Notes under the pieces: model-generated
What the model was told of the DNA's origin: nothing
What the model saw: only the letters and a program-made list of their open reading frames with translations
Databases searched by the model: none
Source of the DNA: a virus
Lineage: Duplodnaviria; Heunggongvirae; Uroviricota; Caudoviricetes
Virus record (IMG/VR): IMGVR_UViG_3300025916_000008
Location: 40,845 to 104,844 of that record
Direction: 5' to 3' (one strand)
Length of the DNA: 64,000 nt
Shown here: one piece after another, positions 18,004-26,900 of the stretch
How positions within the stretch are numbered: the first letter of the stretch is position 1
Layout: every line of letters starts with the position of its first letter
Program-made: the position numbers and the translations under genes

Positions 18004-18816
18004 ATGACCCGCAGGAGGATTATCGCCGGGTGCGAGTGCTCCGGGATGGTGGCGAACGCCTTCGCCGAGCTGCTCGGCTGGGAGGCATACTCCTGGGACA
18101 CCGAGCCGGGCGAGATGCCGGACCGGGACTACCCGAATGGCGGAACCTACCGGCATGTCCAGGGCAACATCCTCGACGACCCGGAGGCGGGCACGCTCGG
18201 GGCGTTCAACTGGTATCACCCGGTGAACCGCCAGCGGGCGCAGGAGGCTGACGAGGCCGAGAGCGCACGCGGCGAGAGCATCCCGCTGTGGGACTTCGGG
18301 GCATTCTTCCCGCCGTGCACCCACCTGAGCCAGGCGGGCGCGGTGTGGTGGAAGCACAAGGACGCCACCCGGGGCGGCGACGGCCGGATGCAGGAGGGCG
18401 CGGCGTTCTTCATGCAGATGGTGAAGCTGGGCCGCGCCACGTGCACGTACTCCGCCGTGGAGAACCCGGTCGGGGTGATGGGCCTGCCCAGCCAGTCGTG
18501 CTACTACCGGCGGCCCGACCAGGTGGTGCAGCCGCACATGTTCGGCGACCCGCTGATCAAGGCGACGTGCTTCTGGCTGGAAGGGCTGCCCCTCCTGACC
18601 GCCGACAGGCCGGTCGAGCCGACCGGACGGGTGGCGACCGGCGGCGGGAGCTGGCGCACCGACCAGCGTCACGGGCGCGGGGCGAACAACGGCCACGAGG
18701 ACGCCAAGGGCCGCAGGTTCCGGCAGCGCGAGCGCAACCGGACCCTGCCCGGCCTGGCCAGGGTGATGGCCGAGCAGTGGGGCACGTGGATCGAGTCGCA
18801 GGAGCGCGCCGCGTGA
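18004..18816 (+). CDS. DNA cytosine-5 methyltransferase-like protein (degenerate motifs)
   Basis: FPPCTHLSQAG resembles motif IV (PCQxFSxAG) but with Thr in place of Gln; AVENPVGV resembles the ENV motif; N-terminal IAGCECSGMV resembles motif I. Confidence 0.5.
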   Translation: MTRRRIIAGCECSGMVANAFAELLGWEAYSWDTEPGEMPDRDYPNGGTYRHVQGNILDDPEAGTLGAFNWYHPVNRQRAQEADEAESARGESIPLWDFGAFFPPCTHLSQAGAVWWKHKDATRGGDGRMQEGAAFFMQMVKLGRATCTYSAVENPVGVMGLPSQSCYYRRPDQVVQPHMFGDPLIKATCFWLEGLPLLTADRPVEPTGRVATGGGSWRTDQRHGRGANNGHEDAKGRRFRQRERNRTLPGLARVMAEQWGTWIESQERAA

Positions 18817-19052
18817 GCGCCGGGGTGTTCAAGGACTGCCATCTCACCTGCGACAGGTGCGGCCGGAGGGTATTCGGCTCTCAGGTCGGGCTCGGCGACG
18901 GGATGACCGTGACCGACCTGCGCAAGGTCCTGAAGCGGTCAGGGTGGCTGACCGGGGTGGAGAACGCCGAGCCTCAGGAGGACGGGTCGGTGCTGCGCGG
19001 CCCGCGCCTCGACTACTGCGGCCCGTGCAAGCAAGAGGAGGCAAGGACGTGA
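18813..19052 (+). CDS. small Zn-ribbon protein
   Basis: GTG at 18813 (GTGA coupling); CHLTCDRCG...CGPC. Confidence 0.4.
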   Translation: MSAGVFKDCHLTCDRCGRRVFGSQVGLGDGMTVTDLRKVLKRSGWLTGVENAEPQEDGSVLRGPRLDYCGPCKQEEART

Positions 19053-19054
19053 CG

Positions 19055-19588
19055 ATGCAGGACAACCCACGGAAGCCGAGCCGGCTGCTGATGCTGGCGG
19101 GGCACTACACCCCGGTGGCGTTCATCGCGCTGGCTGCGATGGCGCTCGCGGACGAGGCGACGGGCAGGCACCCCGGGCTGCTGCGCGACATCACCTACGT
19201 GGCGGGGGCCGCGTGGCTGCTCTCGTTCTACGCAGACGAGGGGTACCACTCGCGCGGGCTGTGCTGGCGGTGCGCGAGGCACGCCCCCGCTAACCCGGAT
19301 GCGTCGGTGGCCAGGTGGCGGCGTGCCCTGTGGCTGCACCACAAGCCGGGGCTGGTTCTCCTGGCCGGGGCGCTCCCGGTGGCCGTCCTCCTGCTGGGCA
19401 GTCACTTCCCCCGGTGGCTGAGCGTAGCGTCCGACGTCTGCATCCTCGTCGTGGCGGGCTCGGCGTTCTGGTCGGGCATCATGCACCGCCGGCTGCGGCC
19501 GTGGTGCCCGTGGTGCAAGCCGTGGGACGAGGGCGGCGACAGCGAGGCCGTGCCGGACCCGGAGCCTGACCCGGCGGTGGCGCGGTGA
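19055..19588 (+). CDS. membrane protein
   Basis: ATG at 19055 after an AGGAGG; four hydrophobic segments; CWRCARH and CPWCKPW. Confidence 0.45.
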   Translation: MQDNPRKPSRLLMLAGHYTPVAFIALAAMALADEATGRHPGLLRDITYVAGAAWLLSFYADEGYHSRGLCWRCARHAPANPDASVARWRRALWLHHKPGLVLLAGALPVAVLLLGSHFPRWLSVASDVCILVVAGSAFWSGIMHRRLRPWCPWCKPWDEGGDSEAVPDPEPDPAVAR

Positions 19589-19893
19589 GGGCCTGGGCGC
19601 TGCTGCGCTACGACAGGACCCAGGCGCAGATGGACCTCTCCGGGACGTACCTGGGTCCCGGCGAGGCGGCCGACGCGGCGGACGGGTTCGGCGCGAAGGC
19701 GAAGTGGGGCTCCTGGCGCGAGCGCGAGGAGACCGACCTGGTGACAGCCGACTGGGTACTGGACCGCGAGGGCGTCACCTGGTACATCGTCCCCACCGAG
19801 GTGCACCCCGCTCGCGGCTGGTGGGCGGTGCAGCGCGCCATGAACCTGGCACGGGACTGCCTGCGGGCCATCGTGAAGGGCGGTACGCGGTGA
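19585..19893 (+). CDS. hypothetical protein
   Basis: 102 aa; coupled start. Confidence 0.4.
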   Translation: MRAWALLRYDRTQAQMDLSGTYLGPGEAADAADGFGAKAKWGSWREREETDLVTADWVLDREGVTWYIVPTEVHPARGWWAVQRAMNLARDCLRAIVKGGTR

Positions 19894-20231
19894 GGAGGAG
19901 GGACCTGAAGGGCGAGCGCGGGAAGCGCGACCCGGCCGTGGAGACGGCGGTGGGGCTCCTCGGCCACGTGGCCGACCTTCCGGCAGGCGAGCAGCTCAGG
20001 GCCGCAGTCGAGCTGCTCCAGATGATGGGGTTCGTCCCGACGCCGGAGGCGGAGGCCAGGAAGCGGGTGCCCGCTCCCCAGGTGGTGCCGGGCAAGCGGA
20101 CGACCATGCTCCGGGGGCTCAGGGAGCCGGTGTCGGCCTGCTGCGGCGCGGAGATGGAGACGGCGGGGACCGTGACCCGGTACTACGTGTGCACCCGGTG
20201 CGACATGCCCTGTGACGCAAAGGCTTCCTAA
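19890..20231 (+). CDS. hypothetical protein with C-terminal Cys cluster
   Basis: GTG at 19890 (residue 63 of ORF 19704-20231). Confidence 0.4.
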   Translation: MRRRDLKGERGKRDPAVETAVGLLGHVADLPAGEQLRAAVELLQMMGFVPTPEAEARKRVPAPQVVPGKRTTMLRGLREPVSACCGAEMETAGTVTRYYVCTRCDMPCDAKAS

Positions 20232-20250
20232 AATACAGCTTTCCTTGATA
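20232..20250 (+). promoter_or_regulatory. 19-bp motif copy (aatacagctttccttgata) followed by inverted 9-mer agctgtatt
   Basis: 18 of 19 match; 20251-20259 is the reverse complement of motif positions 2-10. Confidence 0.7.
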
Positions 20251-20284
20251 AGCTGTATTCAGCAACCCCAGGGAGGGCCAGGAC

Positions 20285-20617
20285 GTGAACGCGAAGATGC
20301 GGGAGCTGGTGCACCGGGCGGTGGTCGACGCGCTCATCGCGGGCGGCTCCCCGGTCGACCAGGGCAGGCACTCCTACGGCTGGATCGACGGCCGGTACGC
20401 GGAGCTGCGCATCCACATGGCCCACTGCCCCCCGGTCTACGAGGCGTGCACCTGGTACGACTCCTCGTGGAGCGAGTTCCAGGGCACCTTCGACCCGCCC
20501 GCCGACATGAAGGGCATCGACCTGAAGCTGGCCTGCCGGTGCGGGCTGCTGACCGGGCGGACATGGCGGTACTCCGGCGGCTACGCGGACCTGATCCGCG
20601 CGATCACGGGAGAGTGA
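20285..20617 (+). CDS. hypothetical protein
   Basis: 110-aa ORF 35 nt downstream of the motif copy at 20232-20250. Confidence 0.45.
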   Translation: MNAKMRELVHRAVVDALIAGGSPVDQGRHSYGWIDGRYAELRIHMAHCPPVYEACTWYDSSWSEFQGTFDPPADMKGIDLKLACRCGLLTGRTWRYSGGYADLIRAITGE

Positions 20618-20618
20618 C

Positions 20619-20873
20619 GTGCCTGGCTCCCGGGCGGACCGCGAGGTCCCGTGGCACCGCTGGTCCTACGAGGAGGAGCCGCGCCGGGCGACTGAGCGGT
20701 ACTGCCTGTTCTGCGGTATCGAGTGCCGCCGGGGGTCAGCCGCCGCTTCGTGGAAGAAGGACGTCGAGGTGAGGCCGCGCGGCGGGGAGTGGACCCAGGT
20801 CCCGTCCCTGCCGCCGTGCACGTCGCAGGGGGAGTCCATCCGGTACTACCGATGGGAGGAGAGGGCACAGTGA
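20619..20873 (+). CDS. hypothetical Cys-containing protein
   Basis: 84-aa ORF. Confidence 0.4.
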   Translation: MPGSRADREVPWHRWSYEEEPRRATERYCLFCGIECRRGSAAASWKKDVEVRPRGGEWTQVPSLPPCTSQGESIRYYRWEERAQ

Positions 20874-21067
20874 ACGACCGGCTGGCGAGGGTGATCGAGG
20901 AGAACGCGGAGCGGGTCCGCAGGCTGGTGCCACCGCCTTACCGGGCGGGGCGCACGCGCGTCGTCTACGACACCGCCCGGTACATGCACGAGCAGGACAG
21001 CGGCCTGACCGACGAGCAGATCGTGCTCGTCTTCACGGCGCTGGCCTGGGCGTCAGAGCAGCAGTAA
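20870..21067 (+). CDS. small hypothetical protein
   Basis: GTG at 20870; GTGA coupling. Confidence 0.35.
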   Translation: MNDRLARVIEENAERVRRLVPPPYRAGRTRVVYDTARYMHEQDSGLTDEQIVLVFTALAWASEQQ

Positions 21068-21108
21068 GCCGCCCGTCCGGGCGGGACGATCAATCACAGG
21101 AGGACGCA

Positions 21109-21405
21109 GTGAGCAGGTTCTACGGGACGATGACGAACAGCCGGGGCCGTGACGTGACGGCCATGAGCCCGGACTTCGCCCATCTCTGCGGGTGGAACGC
21201 CGGGGTCAAGGTCATGCCGTTCGAGGCGGGCGACAAGAAGCACCCGGTCGACGGGTTCCAGGTCTGGATGACCTACGGCAGCAACGGCAACGGGTCAGCG
21301 AAGCTGCTCGGCGTCGTCTACGACACCGCCGACGGGCCGCAGTTCGTGGCCGCCGGCGACGAGATGACGGAGGACGCCTACGACAGCGCCGAGGTGCCCG
21401 GGTGA
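21109..21405 (+). CDS. hypothetical protein
   Basis: 98 aa; GGAGGA SD. Confidence 0.45.
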   Translation: MSRFYGTMTNSRGRDVTAMSPDFAHLCGWNAGVKVMPFEAGDKKHPVDGFQVWMTYGSNGNGSAKLLGVVYDTADGPQFVAAGDEMTEDAYDSAEVPG

Positions 21406-21725
21406 CCAGGCTGGTCCGGGCTGTCGACGACTCCGACGAGTCCGAGACCGTGATGGTCCTCGGCGGGGAGCACGGCGTGGTCACCCTGCACGTCTCGCTG
21501 TGCGGGATACCGCAGGCCATGGTGCTGCACTCGCCCCGGGAGTTCCGGGGGTGGACGAAGGCGGTGCGGTGCCTGCGCATGGAGGTGCCCTGCTGGTCGC
21601 TGTCCAGCGTCACGGGCGGGGAGATGACCGAGCTGCTGGCGCAGTACTCGATCTCAGGCGAGGAGGCGCTGTGGCGGCTGATGGAGAACGACTACAGCCT
21701 CTACCTGAGGGGTGGGCAGCGGTGA
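21402..21725 (+). CDS. hypothetical protein
   Basis: GTG at 21402; coupled. Confidence 0.4.
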   Translation: MTRLVRAVDDSDESETVMVLGGEHGVVTLHVSLCGIPQAMVLHSPREFRGWTKAVRCLRMEVPCWSLSSVTGGEMTELLAQYSISGEEALWRLMENDYSLYLRGGQR

Positions 21726-21934
21726 GCGGAGACATCGGCCAGGAGGACCCGCAGGGCCTGTACGACGCCGGCTGGGCGGAAGACGGCCAGGTGACGCACG
21801 TCTGGATCGAGGAGGAGCACGAGGCGATCGTCATCGACCTCAAGTCCGAAGAAGGACAGGCGCTCCTGGCGGAGCAGCGCAGGGCGATGCTGGAGCGGGT
21901 GCGGCAGATCCTGATCGGCGGGCGCTATGGGTAG
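21722..21934 (+). CDS. small acidic hypothetical protein
   Basis: GTG at 21722; coupled. Confidence 0.35.
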   Translation: MSGDIGQEDPQGLYDAGWAEDGQVTHVWIEEEHEAIVIDLKSEEGQALLAEQRRAMLERVRQILIGGRYG

Positions 21935-22196
21935 GACCTTCCGGGGACGGCCGCCGGGGGAGCCGGGTTCGGGAGACGGGACGAGGGCCGCCTGGCGGGA
22001 CGCCTCCTGGTACAGGAAGCCCGGGACGGCATCGAAGTACCACGTGGTGGGCGATGACAGCGGGTCGGCGTGCTCGGGGATGCCGCTGGTCCTGGAGAGC
22101 GTGAGCATCCCCGTCCGGGACCAGACGGTCTCAGCGGGGTCGGTGGAGGAGCGCCTGCGGTGCAGGCGGCCCGGGTGCAGGGAGAGGTGGCCGTGA
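21927..22196 (+). CDS. hypothetical protein
   Basis: 89-aa ORF. Confidence 0.35.
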   Translation: MGRTFRGRPPGEPGSGDGTRAAWRDASWYRKPGTASKYHVVGDDSGSACSGMPLVLESVSIPVRDQTVSAGSVEERLRCRRPGCRERWP

Positions 22197-22543
22197 GCAG
22201 GCTGGTCCGGGGCGAGATGCGCGATGGCGAGGGCCGGGGCTTTGTCGTCGCCGGGGAGCGCGGGGCGGTCGAGATGCGGGAGTACCCGGGGTACTACTGG
22301 CGCTTCTACGTGCACTCGCCGGTCAACCGGCCTGAGGTGGCACTACGGTGCGTGCAGGCCACCTGGCGGGGCGGCAGGGAACTGCCGGGGCTGTCCCCGC
22401 ACCGCTGCCGCATCCTGGAGGGCGACTGCTGGACCGGGCTGACCTACTGCGGGACCTACGACTTCGAGCGGCCCGACGTGGAGGAGGTCGTCCAGTGGGA
22501 AGCGCTGGAGGACCTCTACCGGAAGAGGCTGGAGGCCCGGTGA
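22193..22543 (+). CDS. hypothetical protein
   Basis: GTG at 22193; coupled. Confidence 0.4.
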   Translation: MSRLVRGEMRDGEGRGFVVAGERGAVEMREYPGYYWRFYVHSPVNRPEVALRCVQATWRGGRELPGLSPHRCRILEGDCWTGLTYCGTYDFERPDVEEVVQWEALEDLYRKRLEAR

Positions 22544-22941
22544 GCAGCGACCCGGCGGTGCTGCTGGACGTGGACGGGGTGTTCAACCTTGCCCGGTTCC
22601 GGTCGTCGAGGAACAGGGACCGGCTGATCCGGGAGGGCTGGTTCCACCGCAGGCCCTCCGACCCGTTCGCGGGCGACCGGCTGCTGATGAACCTGCCCCG
22701 GGCGCGGGCGGCGGCGCGGGCCCTCGTGGAGACGGGAGCGGAGCTGATCTGGGGGACCACCTGGGGCGCTGCGGCCAACGACTACTTCGTGCCGCTGCTC
22801 GGGCTGCCTAAGGTGCTGCGGGTGGCCCCGGTGAACTTCGAGCTGAGCCGCAAGGCGTACACGGTGATCCCGTGGCTGGAGGGCAGGCCCTGGGCATGGC
22901 TGGAGACCAGGAGGGCGAGCTGGCGGCGGCGCACGCGATGA
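22540..22941 (+). CDS. small protein with HAD-like motif I (LLDVDGVFN), possible phosphatase
   Basis: GTG at 22540; the DxDG[TV] signature sits at the N-terminus as in HAD phosphatases and PNK phosphatase domains; the rest is weak. Confidence 0.4.
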   Translation: MSSDPAVLLDVDGVFNLARFRSSRNRDRLIREGWFHRRPSDPFAGDRLLMNLPRARAAARALVETGAELIWGTTWGAAANDYFVPLLGLPKVLRVAPVNFELSRKAYTVIPWLEGRPWAWLETRRASWRRRTR

Positions 22942-23041
22942 CGGGGCACGGGGTGCCGCACTGCCCTGTCCTGGTCAGCCCGGAGACCGGGGCGGGCGAG
23001 GAGCACGTCGCGGTGGTGGCGCAGTGGCTGGGGAGCCTGTG

Positions 23042-23224
23042 ATGCAGAGGGTGCTGCTGGCGGTCGAGGCGTTCGCGCCTGACGGCATGAGCGAGGGCGA
23101 GGCCTCGCAGGACGTGTACCTGGCGCTGCGGGCGGCGTTCGCTTCCAGGGACATGCTGGTCGAGGTCAGTCACGTCAAGACAATGATGATTGCTTCCGAT
23201 TTATCAAGAAAAGCTGTATCCTGA
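23042..23224 (+). CDS. small hypothetical protein (doubtful)
   Basis: 60-aa ORF whose last codons run through the reverse-oriented motif copy. Confidence 0.25.
   Translation: MQRVLLAVEAFAPDGMSEGEASQDVYLALRAAFASRDMLVEVSHVKTMMIASDLSRKAVS
23202..23220 (-). promoter_or_regulatory. 19-bp motif copy in reverse orientation (tatcaagaaaagctgtatc)
   Basis: 18 of 19 match to the reverse complement; 10 nt upstream of the 23230 ATG. Confidence 0.65.
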
Positions 23225-23229
23225 CTGAC

Positions 23230-23490
23230 ATGAATACCGAAGAGGCGCAGGCGGTCCTCGACGCGAGGGCCGACGCCGAGAAGCACTTGCTGGAGCACGA
23301 CGAGACACCGGAGATGTACCTCTCTAGCTCCCGTCTGGCGAGCATGGCGTCTTACGCGCGCAAGCAGACCGGGACCCCCGAGCCGGCAAAGCCGCAGAAC
23401 GAGCGGGAGGCCGTGGACGACATCCTGGAGGCCATGTTCCCGCAGACCGGCGAGGCCCTTGAGGTCCTTGCTCGGGCGGAGCTGGGATGA
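23230..23490 (+). CDS. hypothetical protein
   Basis: 86 aa. Confidence 0.45.
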   Translation: MNTEEAQAVLDARADAEKHLLEHDETPEMYLSSSRLASMASYARKQTGTPEPAKPQNEREAVDDILEAMFPQTGEALEVLARAELG

Positions 23491-23834
23491 CCTCCGTCAG
23501 GTTCGGGAAGAACGGCACCTCCGTGCCCGCCATGCTCGACTGCTGGGACAACGTGATCATCGCCCAGGTGGTCACCTGCGACACCGGGGCCGAGCTAATG
23601 GCCCTCGCCGAGAGCCGCGTGGGCGGGAAGATCTGGCTGCTGACCGGGGACGAGCGCGACGCCGAGGCCATCCTGGTCAAGGTCGACGCCGGCCTCTGGG
23701 AGCTGACCTGCGTGCTGCCCGACGGGAACTGCCCCTGGTGCGGCACCCCGCTTAACGCCGACGACCAGCACGAGAACGCCGTCATCGGCTCAGCGTGCGA
23801 CAGGAACCACCCGAAGCCGCAGGAGGACGAGTGA
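23487..23834 (+). CDS. hypothetical protein with CPWCG motif
   Basis: 115 aa; coupled. Confidence 0.45.
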   Translation: MTSVRFGKNGTSVPAMLDCWDNVIIAQVVTCDTGAELMALAESRVGGKIWLLTGDERDAEAILVKVDAGLWELTCVLPDGNCPWCGTPLNADDQHENAVIGSACDRNHPKPQEDE

Positions 23835-24064
23835 AGCTCGCAGTCAGCTCCGCCGAGGCGGCGGTCGCCGTCATCGACTGGGAAGGCCCGCTCCCCCGCA
23901 AGGGCGATTACATCGAGGTGCCGGGGTCCGACGGGCACGACCCGCTGGTCCCCGGTCACCTGCGCGCCGTGCTGTACGTCGTGTGGCACTTCCTGGGCGA
24001 GAAGCCGGAGGGCGGGCTCTACGGCCCGGCCCAGGAGCCGTACGCCGAGGTGATGATCTCGTGA
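23831..24064 (+). CDS. small protein, tandem paralog A
   Basis: GTG at 23831; similar to the next gene (I/VDxxxGPxPRxGDxI..P...G..L.G......V.W....EPYAEV). Confidence 0.4.
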   Translation: MKLAVSSAEAAVAVIDWEGPLPRKGDYIEVPGSDGHDPLVPGHLRAVLYVVWHFLGEKPEGGLYGPAQEPYAEVMIS

Positions 24065-24309
24065 GGCTGATCATCAGCACAGGCAACGGGGAGCACCCCG
24101 TCGCGGTGGTCGACGACTACCAGGGGCCGGTGCCCCGCGCCGGCGACTCGATCCACTACCCGCAGGACGGCGAACCCTCTCCGGGCGTGTGCCTCGACGG
24201 CTTCATGACGGTGCGCGCCGTGATGTGGGGAATCGTCGCGCGGGACCCGTGCAGGGTGCGGGGCTGGATGGTCGGGGCCGAGGAGCCGTTCGTCGAGGTG
24301 ATCGTGTGA
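24061..24309 (+). CDS. small protein, tandem paralog B
   Basis: GTG at 24061; paralog of 23831-24064. Confidence 0.4.
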   Translation: MRLIISTGNGEHPVAVVDDYQGPVPRAGDSIHYPQDGEPSPGVCLDGFMTVRAVMWGIVARDPCRVRGWMVGAEEPFVEVIV

Positions 24310-24548
24310 GCAAGTGGCACGAGGGCCAGAAGGTCCGGGTGGTCGAGTGCGTGGACGCCACCAGGAAGCCGAAGGAAGGCGGGGAAGCGTACCCGGCCGA
24401 GGTGCTGCGGGTCGTCGGCCCGTACGTGATCGCCGACATCCCCGCCCTCGGCGAGGTCGCCTCGTTCTGGGTGCAGTCCGGGTGGACCGCCTGGGACGCG
24501 ATGTTCAGGTGGCGGCTCATGCCGCTTGAGGAGAAGGGGCAGGGATAA
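24306..24548 (+). CDS. hypothetical protein
   Basis: GTG at 24306; coupled. Confidence 0.4.
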   Translation: MSKWHEGQKVRVVECVDATRKPKEGGEAYPAEVLRVVGPYVIADIPALGEVASFWVQSGWTAWDAMFRWRLMPLEEKGQG

Positions 24549-24796
24549 TGGGCATCTTCAGGCAGGAGTACCCGGCGGGTCACCCCAACGGGAAGGTCTA
24601 CTCGCTGGTCTACGAGGACGGCGAGCCTTACACCTTCCGGCAGGCAGGCCAGGACCCGATCCGGGAGTGGAACCTGGCCTCGGCCGTCATGTGGGCCAAC
24701 CACGTGACGAGCGACGGCGGGGGAACGCTCAGCGTCGTCGACCCCGACACCCGGGCAGTGCTGTGGGTCGGCGAGATGAGCACGAGGTCCCGATGA
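24548..24796 (+). CDS. hypothetical protein
   Basis: 82 aa. Confidence 0.4.
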   Translation: MGIFRQEYPAGHPNGKVYSLVYEDGEPYTFRQAGQDPIREWNLASAVMWANHVTSDGGGTLSVVDPDTRAVLWVGEMSTRSR

Positions 24797-25122
24797 CCCT
24801 CCCGGCGATGGCAGGCGACAGGTGCCTGGTGGTGCAGACGGACCCTGGCAGCGGCGAGCCCGTGGAGGGCGGCCACGTGATCGAGGCGACGTGCGCCCGG
24901 TTCCTACTCAACGGCGACGTCGAGGTCACCCACGGCCACATGGACGAGGCGCTGCGAGGCACCTGGATTCCGATGCGCTTCGACGGGTCGGACGGCTACA
25001 ACACGGCCGGCTGGGAGCGCTCCTGGCGGCTGATGATCCCCGGGGACCCCGGGGCATGGCGGCCGGGCGACCCGGTGCCGGACGCGCCGGGGCACGGCTA
25101 CTGGGAGAAGGGGGACTACTGA
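24793..25122 (+). CDS. hypothetical protein
   Basis: ATG at 24793 (residue 90 of ORF 24526-25122). Confidence 0.4.
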   Translation: MTLPAMAGDRCLVVQTDPGSGEPVEGGHVIEATCARFLLNGDVEVTHGHMDEALRGTWIPMRFDGSDGYNTAGWERSWRLMIPGDPGAWRPGDPVPDAPGHGYWEKGDY

Positions 25123-25460
25123 TGATGACGCTGCTCGTCATCGCGGCTTCGTGGATCGCCGCAGACCTCGTTCACAGCGTGGCCACCCTCGGGAAGACCG
25201 TGAGGATCACCCGGAGGTACGCGGTCGTCAGCGTGACGGAGGACCTCGGCCTGGCCGCCGTCTACGCCGTCACGGCCCAAGCCGCGCACCAGTGGTGGCT
25301 GTACCTGGCCACCGGGCTCCTCGCGGTATCCGCCCCGGTCATGATCCTCGGTTACGGCAAGGCGTTCACGAGGACGCGCCTCCTGGTTGCAAGTCAGGTG
25401 GCCCTCGACGTCGTGCTGATCGCCCTGCTGGCCGGCGCGGCTGACCACCTGGGGCACTAA
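25122..25460 (+). CDS. membrane protein (3-4 TM)
   Basis: ATG at 25122; hydrophobic helices. Confidence 0.45.
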   Translation: MMTLLVIAASWIAADLVHSVATLGKTVRITRRYAVVSVTEDLGLAAVYAVTAQAAHQWWLYLATGLLAVSAPVMILGYGKAFTRTRLLVASQVALDVVLIALLAGAADHLGH

Positions 25461-25714
25461 TGGACGCCACCGAGTTCAGCGCCCAGATGCGGCGGGGCTA
25501 CTCCTCCAAGGCGGACGCCTGCCGGGACAAGACCCACCGCTCGTCGTGGGGCGTCATGGTCCGCCTCGGCAACTACAGCGCGTTCAACGGCTACCACTTC
25601 ACCCCCAGCGATTACTCGCTGGTCAGGTGCGGGCACCCAGGATGCGGGCGGATGTGGCGGACGAAGGCGTCCTATGTGAGCGAGCTGCCGGACCTGACCA
25701 GGGAGAGAGGGTGA
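25460..25714 (+). CDS. hypothetical protein
   Basis: 84 aa. Confidence 0.4.
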   Translation: MDATEFSAQMRRGYSSKADACRDKTHRSSWGVMVRLGNYSAFNGYHFTPSDYSLVRCGHPGCGRMWRTKASYVSELPDLTRERG

Positions 25715-26088
25715 GCGGCATGACGGACACTGAGGCCCGGACCGTGCTGCGCGCCGTCGCCGGGTACGAGTGGCCGGTCACCGCAGCCGAGACCGCGCGG
25801 ATGACCGGGCTGTCCCGGCAGACGACAGCCGGGATGATGGCCGAGCTGGCGCGCCAGGGGCTGCTGAGCAGGGCCAGGCAGGAGTCGCGCTCCTCCTACA
25901 CCGTCACCGAGACGGGGCGGGCCGAGCTGGAGCAGAACAAGACGACGGTCCTGGCGGTGGAGGTGGACGACCGGCTGGCCGCTGAGGTCATGGCCTACCT
26001 CCAGTCCGTCAACGGGGTGGAGATGGTCTACGAGCACGGCAACGGCTGCTGCTGCAAGAACTGCCCCTGGCGGGGGAACCACGGGTGA
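25711..26088 (+). CDS. winged helix-turn-helix transcriptional regulator (MarR/PadR-like)
   Basis: ETARMTGLSRQTTAGMMAELARQGLLSR...YTVTETGRAEL helix-turn-helix plus wing; C-terminal Cys cluster. Confidence 0.5.
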   Translation: MSGMTDTEARTVLRAVAGYEWPVTAAETARMTGLSRQTTAGMMAELARQGLLSRARQESRSSYTVTETGRAELEQNKTTVLAVEVDDRLAAEVMAYLQSVNGVEMVYEHGNGCCCKNCPWRGNHG

Positions 26089-26303
26089 GCACCGCCGACC
26101 TGGCCAGGGAGAAGGCCCTCAGCGCGCTCAGGCTCAACCGGGAGGCGGAAGACCTGATCGCCATGGCCCGCAGGCTGCCCTGGTGGCGGCCGGGCACCCG
26201 GCTGGCCCTTGTCAACGAGGCTGAGGACCTCCTCCTGGAGGCCGACTCGCTGACCGCCGAGAGCTTCCTGCTGACCGCCATCGCCCTGCGAGGCCAGCGG
26301 TAA
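26085..26303 (+). CDS. small hypothetical protein
   Basis: 72 aa; coupled. Confidence 0.35.
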   Translation: MSTADLAREKALSALRLNREAEDLIAMARRLPWWRPGTRLALVNEAEDLLLEADSLTAESFLLTAIALRGQR

Positions 26304-26524
26304 TGGCGGGCGGCGTGGCGAGGAACGTCACCCCCGGCGACGTGCGCGAGCAGGTGCGCCGGATCGGGGCGTACTCGGCGCACGCCGGGGCGACGGCGCA
26401 CGCCATGGAGGACCAGCTCTACCTGGCGGTGCTCGCCGCCATCGCCCAGGGAGCGCCGCAGGCGGCGGAGCTGGCCCAGGCGGCGCTGATGACCAGGGGC
26501 TACGAGTTCGAGAGGTACACGTAA
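26303..26524 (+). CDS. small hypothetical protein
   Basis: 73 aa. Confidence 0.35.
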   Translation: MAGGVARNVTPGDVREQVRRIGAYSAHAGATAHAMEDQLYLAVLAAIAQGAPQAAELAQAALMTRGYEFERYT

Positions 26525-26526
26525 CG

Positions 26527-26709
26527 ATGGACAGGTGCCAGGGATGCGGGGCCGGGGACCCGGAGTTCTCGCTGGAGCCCGATGACGGCGCGGAGGTCCT
26601 ATCATGCGCGGGGTGCCTCGCCGCGATCGTCACCAGGCTGTTCGACGACGGCTCCGTCATCGCTCCCGCCTGGGGGATGAAGGTCTACGACGTCAGGCCG
26701 CACACGTGA
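26527..26709 (+). CDS. small Cys-containing protein
   Basis: 60 aa; CQGCG...CAGC. Confidence 0.3.
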   Translation: MDRCQGCGAGDPEFSLEPDDGAEVLSCAGCLAAIVTRLFDDGSVIAPAWGMKVYDVRPHT

Positions 26710-26900
26710 TGACGGGCGAGGACGGCGCGCAGGAGACTGCGGAGGCGGACCCGGCCGCGAAGCGCCGCGAGATCAACCGGCGCTACAACACCAGCCGCAA
26801 GGGGCAGAAGCGCAACAAGCGCTACGAGGACAAGCACCCTGAGCGGGCGCTTCGGTGGGAGAAGGCGCGCAACGCAATGAGGCCGGGAGGAGCGCCGTGA
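26706..26900 (+). CDS. small basic protein
   Basis: GTG at 26706; Lys/Arg-rich. Confidence 0.35.
   Translation: MMTGEDGAQETAEADPAAKRREINRRYNTSRKGQKRNKRYEDKHPERALRWEKARNAMRPGGAP

Noticed and set aside
22938-23042. 34-aa ORF between genes 22540-22941 and 23042-23224
   Set aside because: Too short and without distinctive features; possibly real via ATGA coupling, but not supportable.
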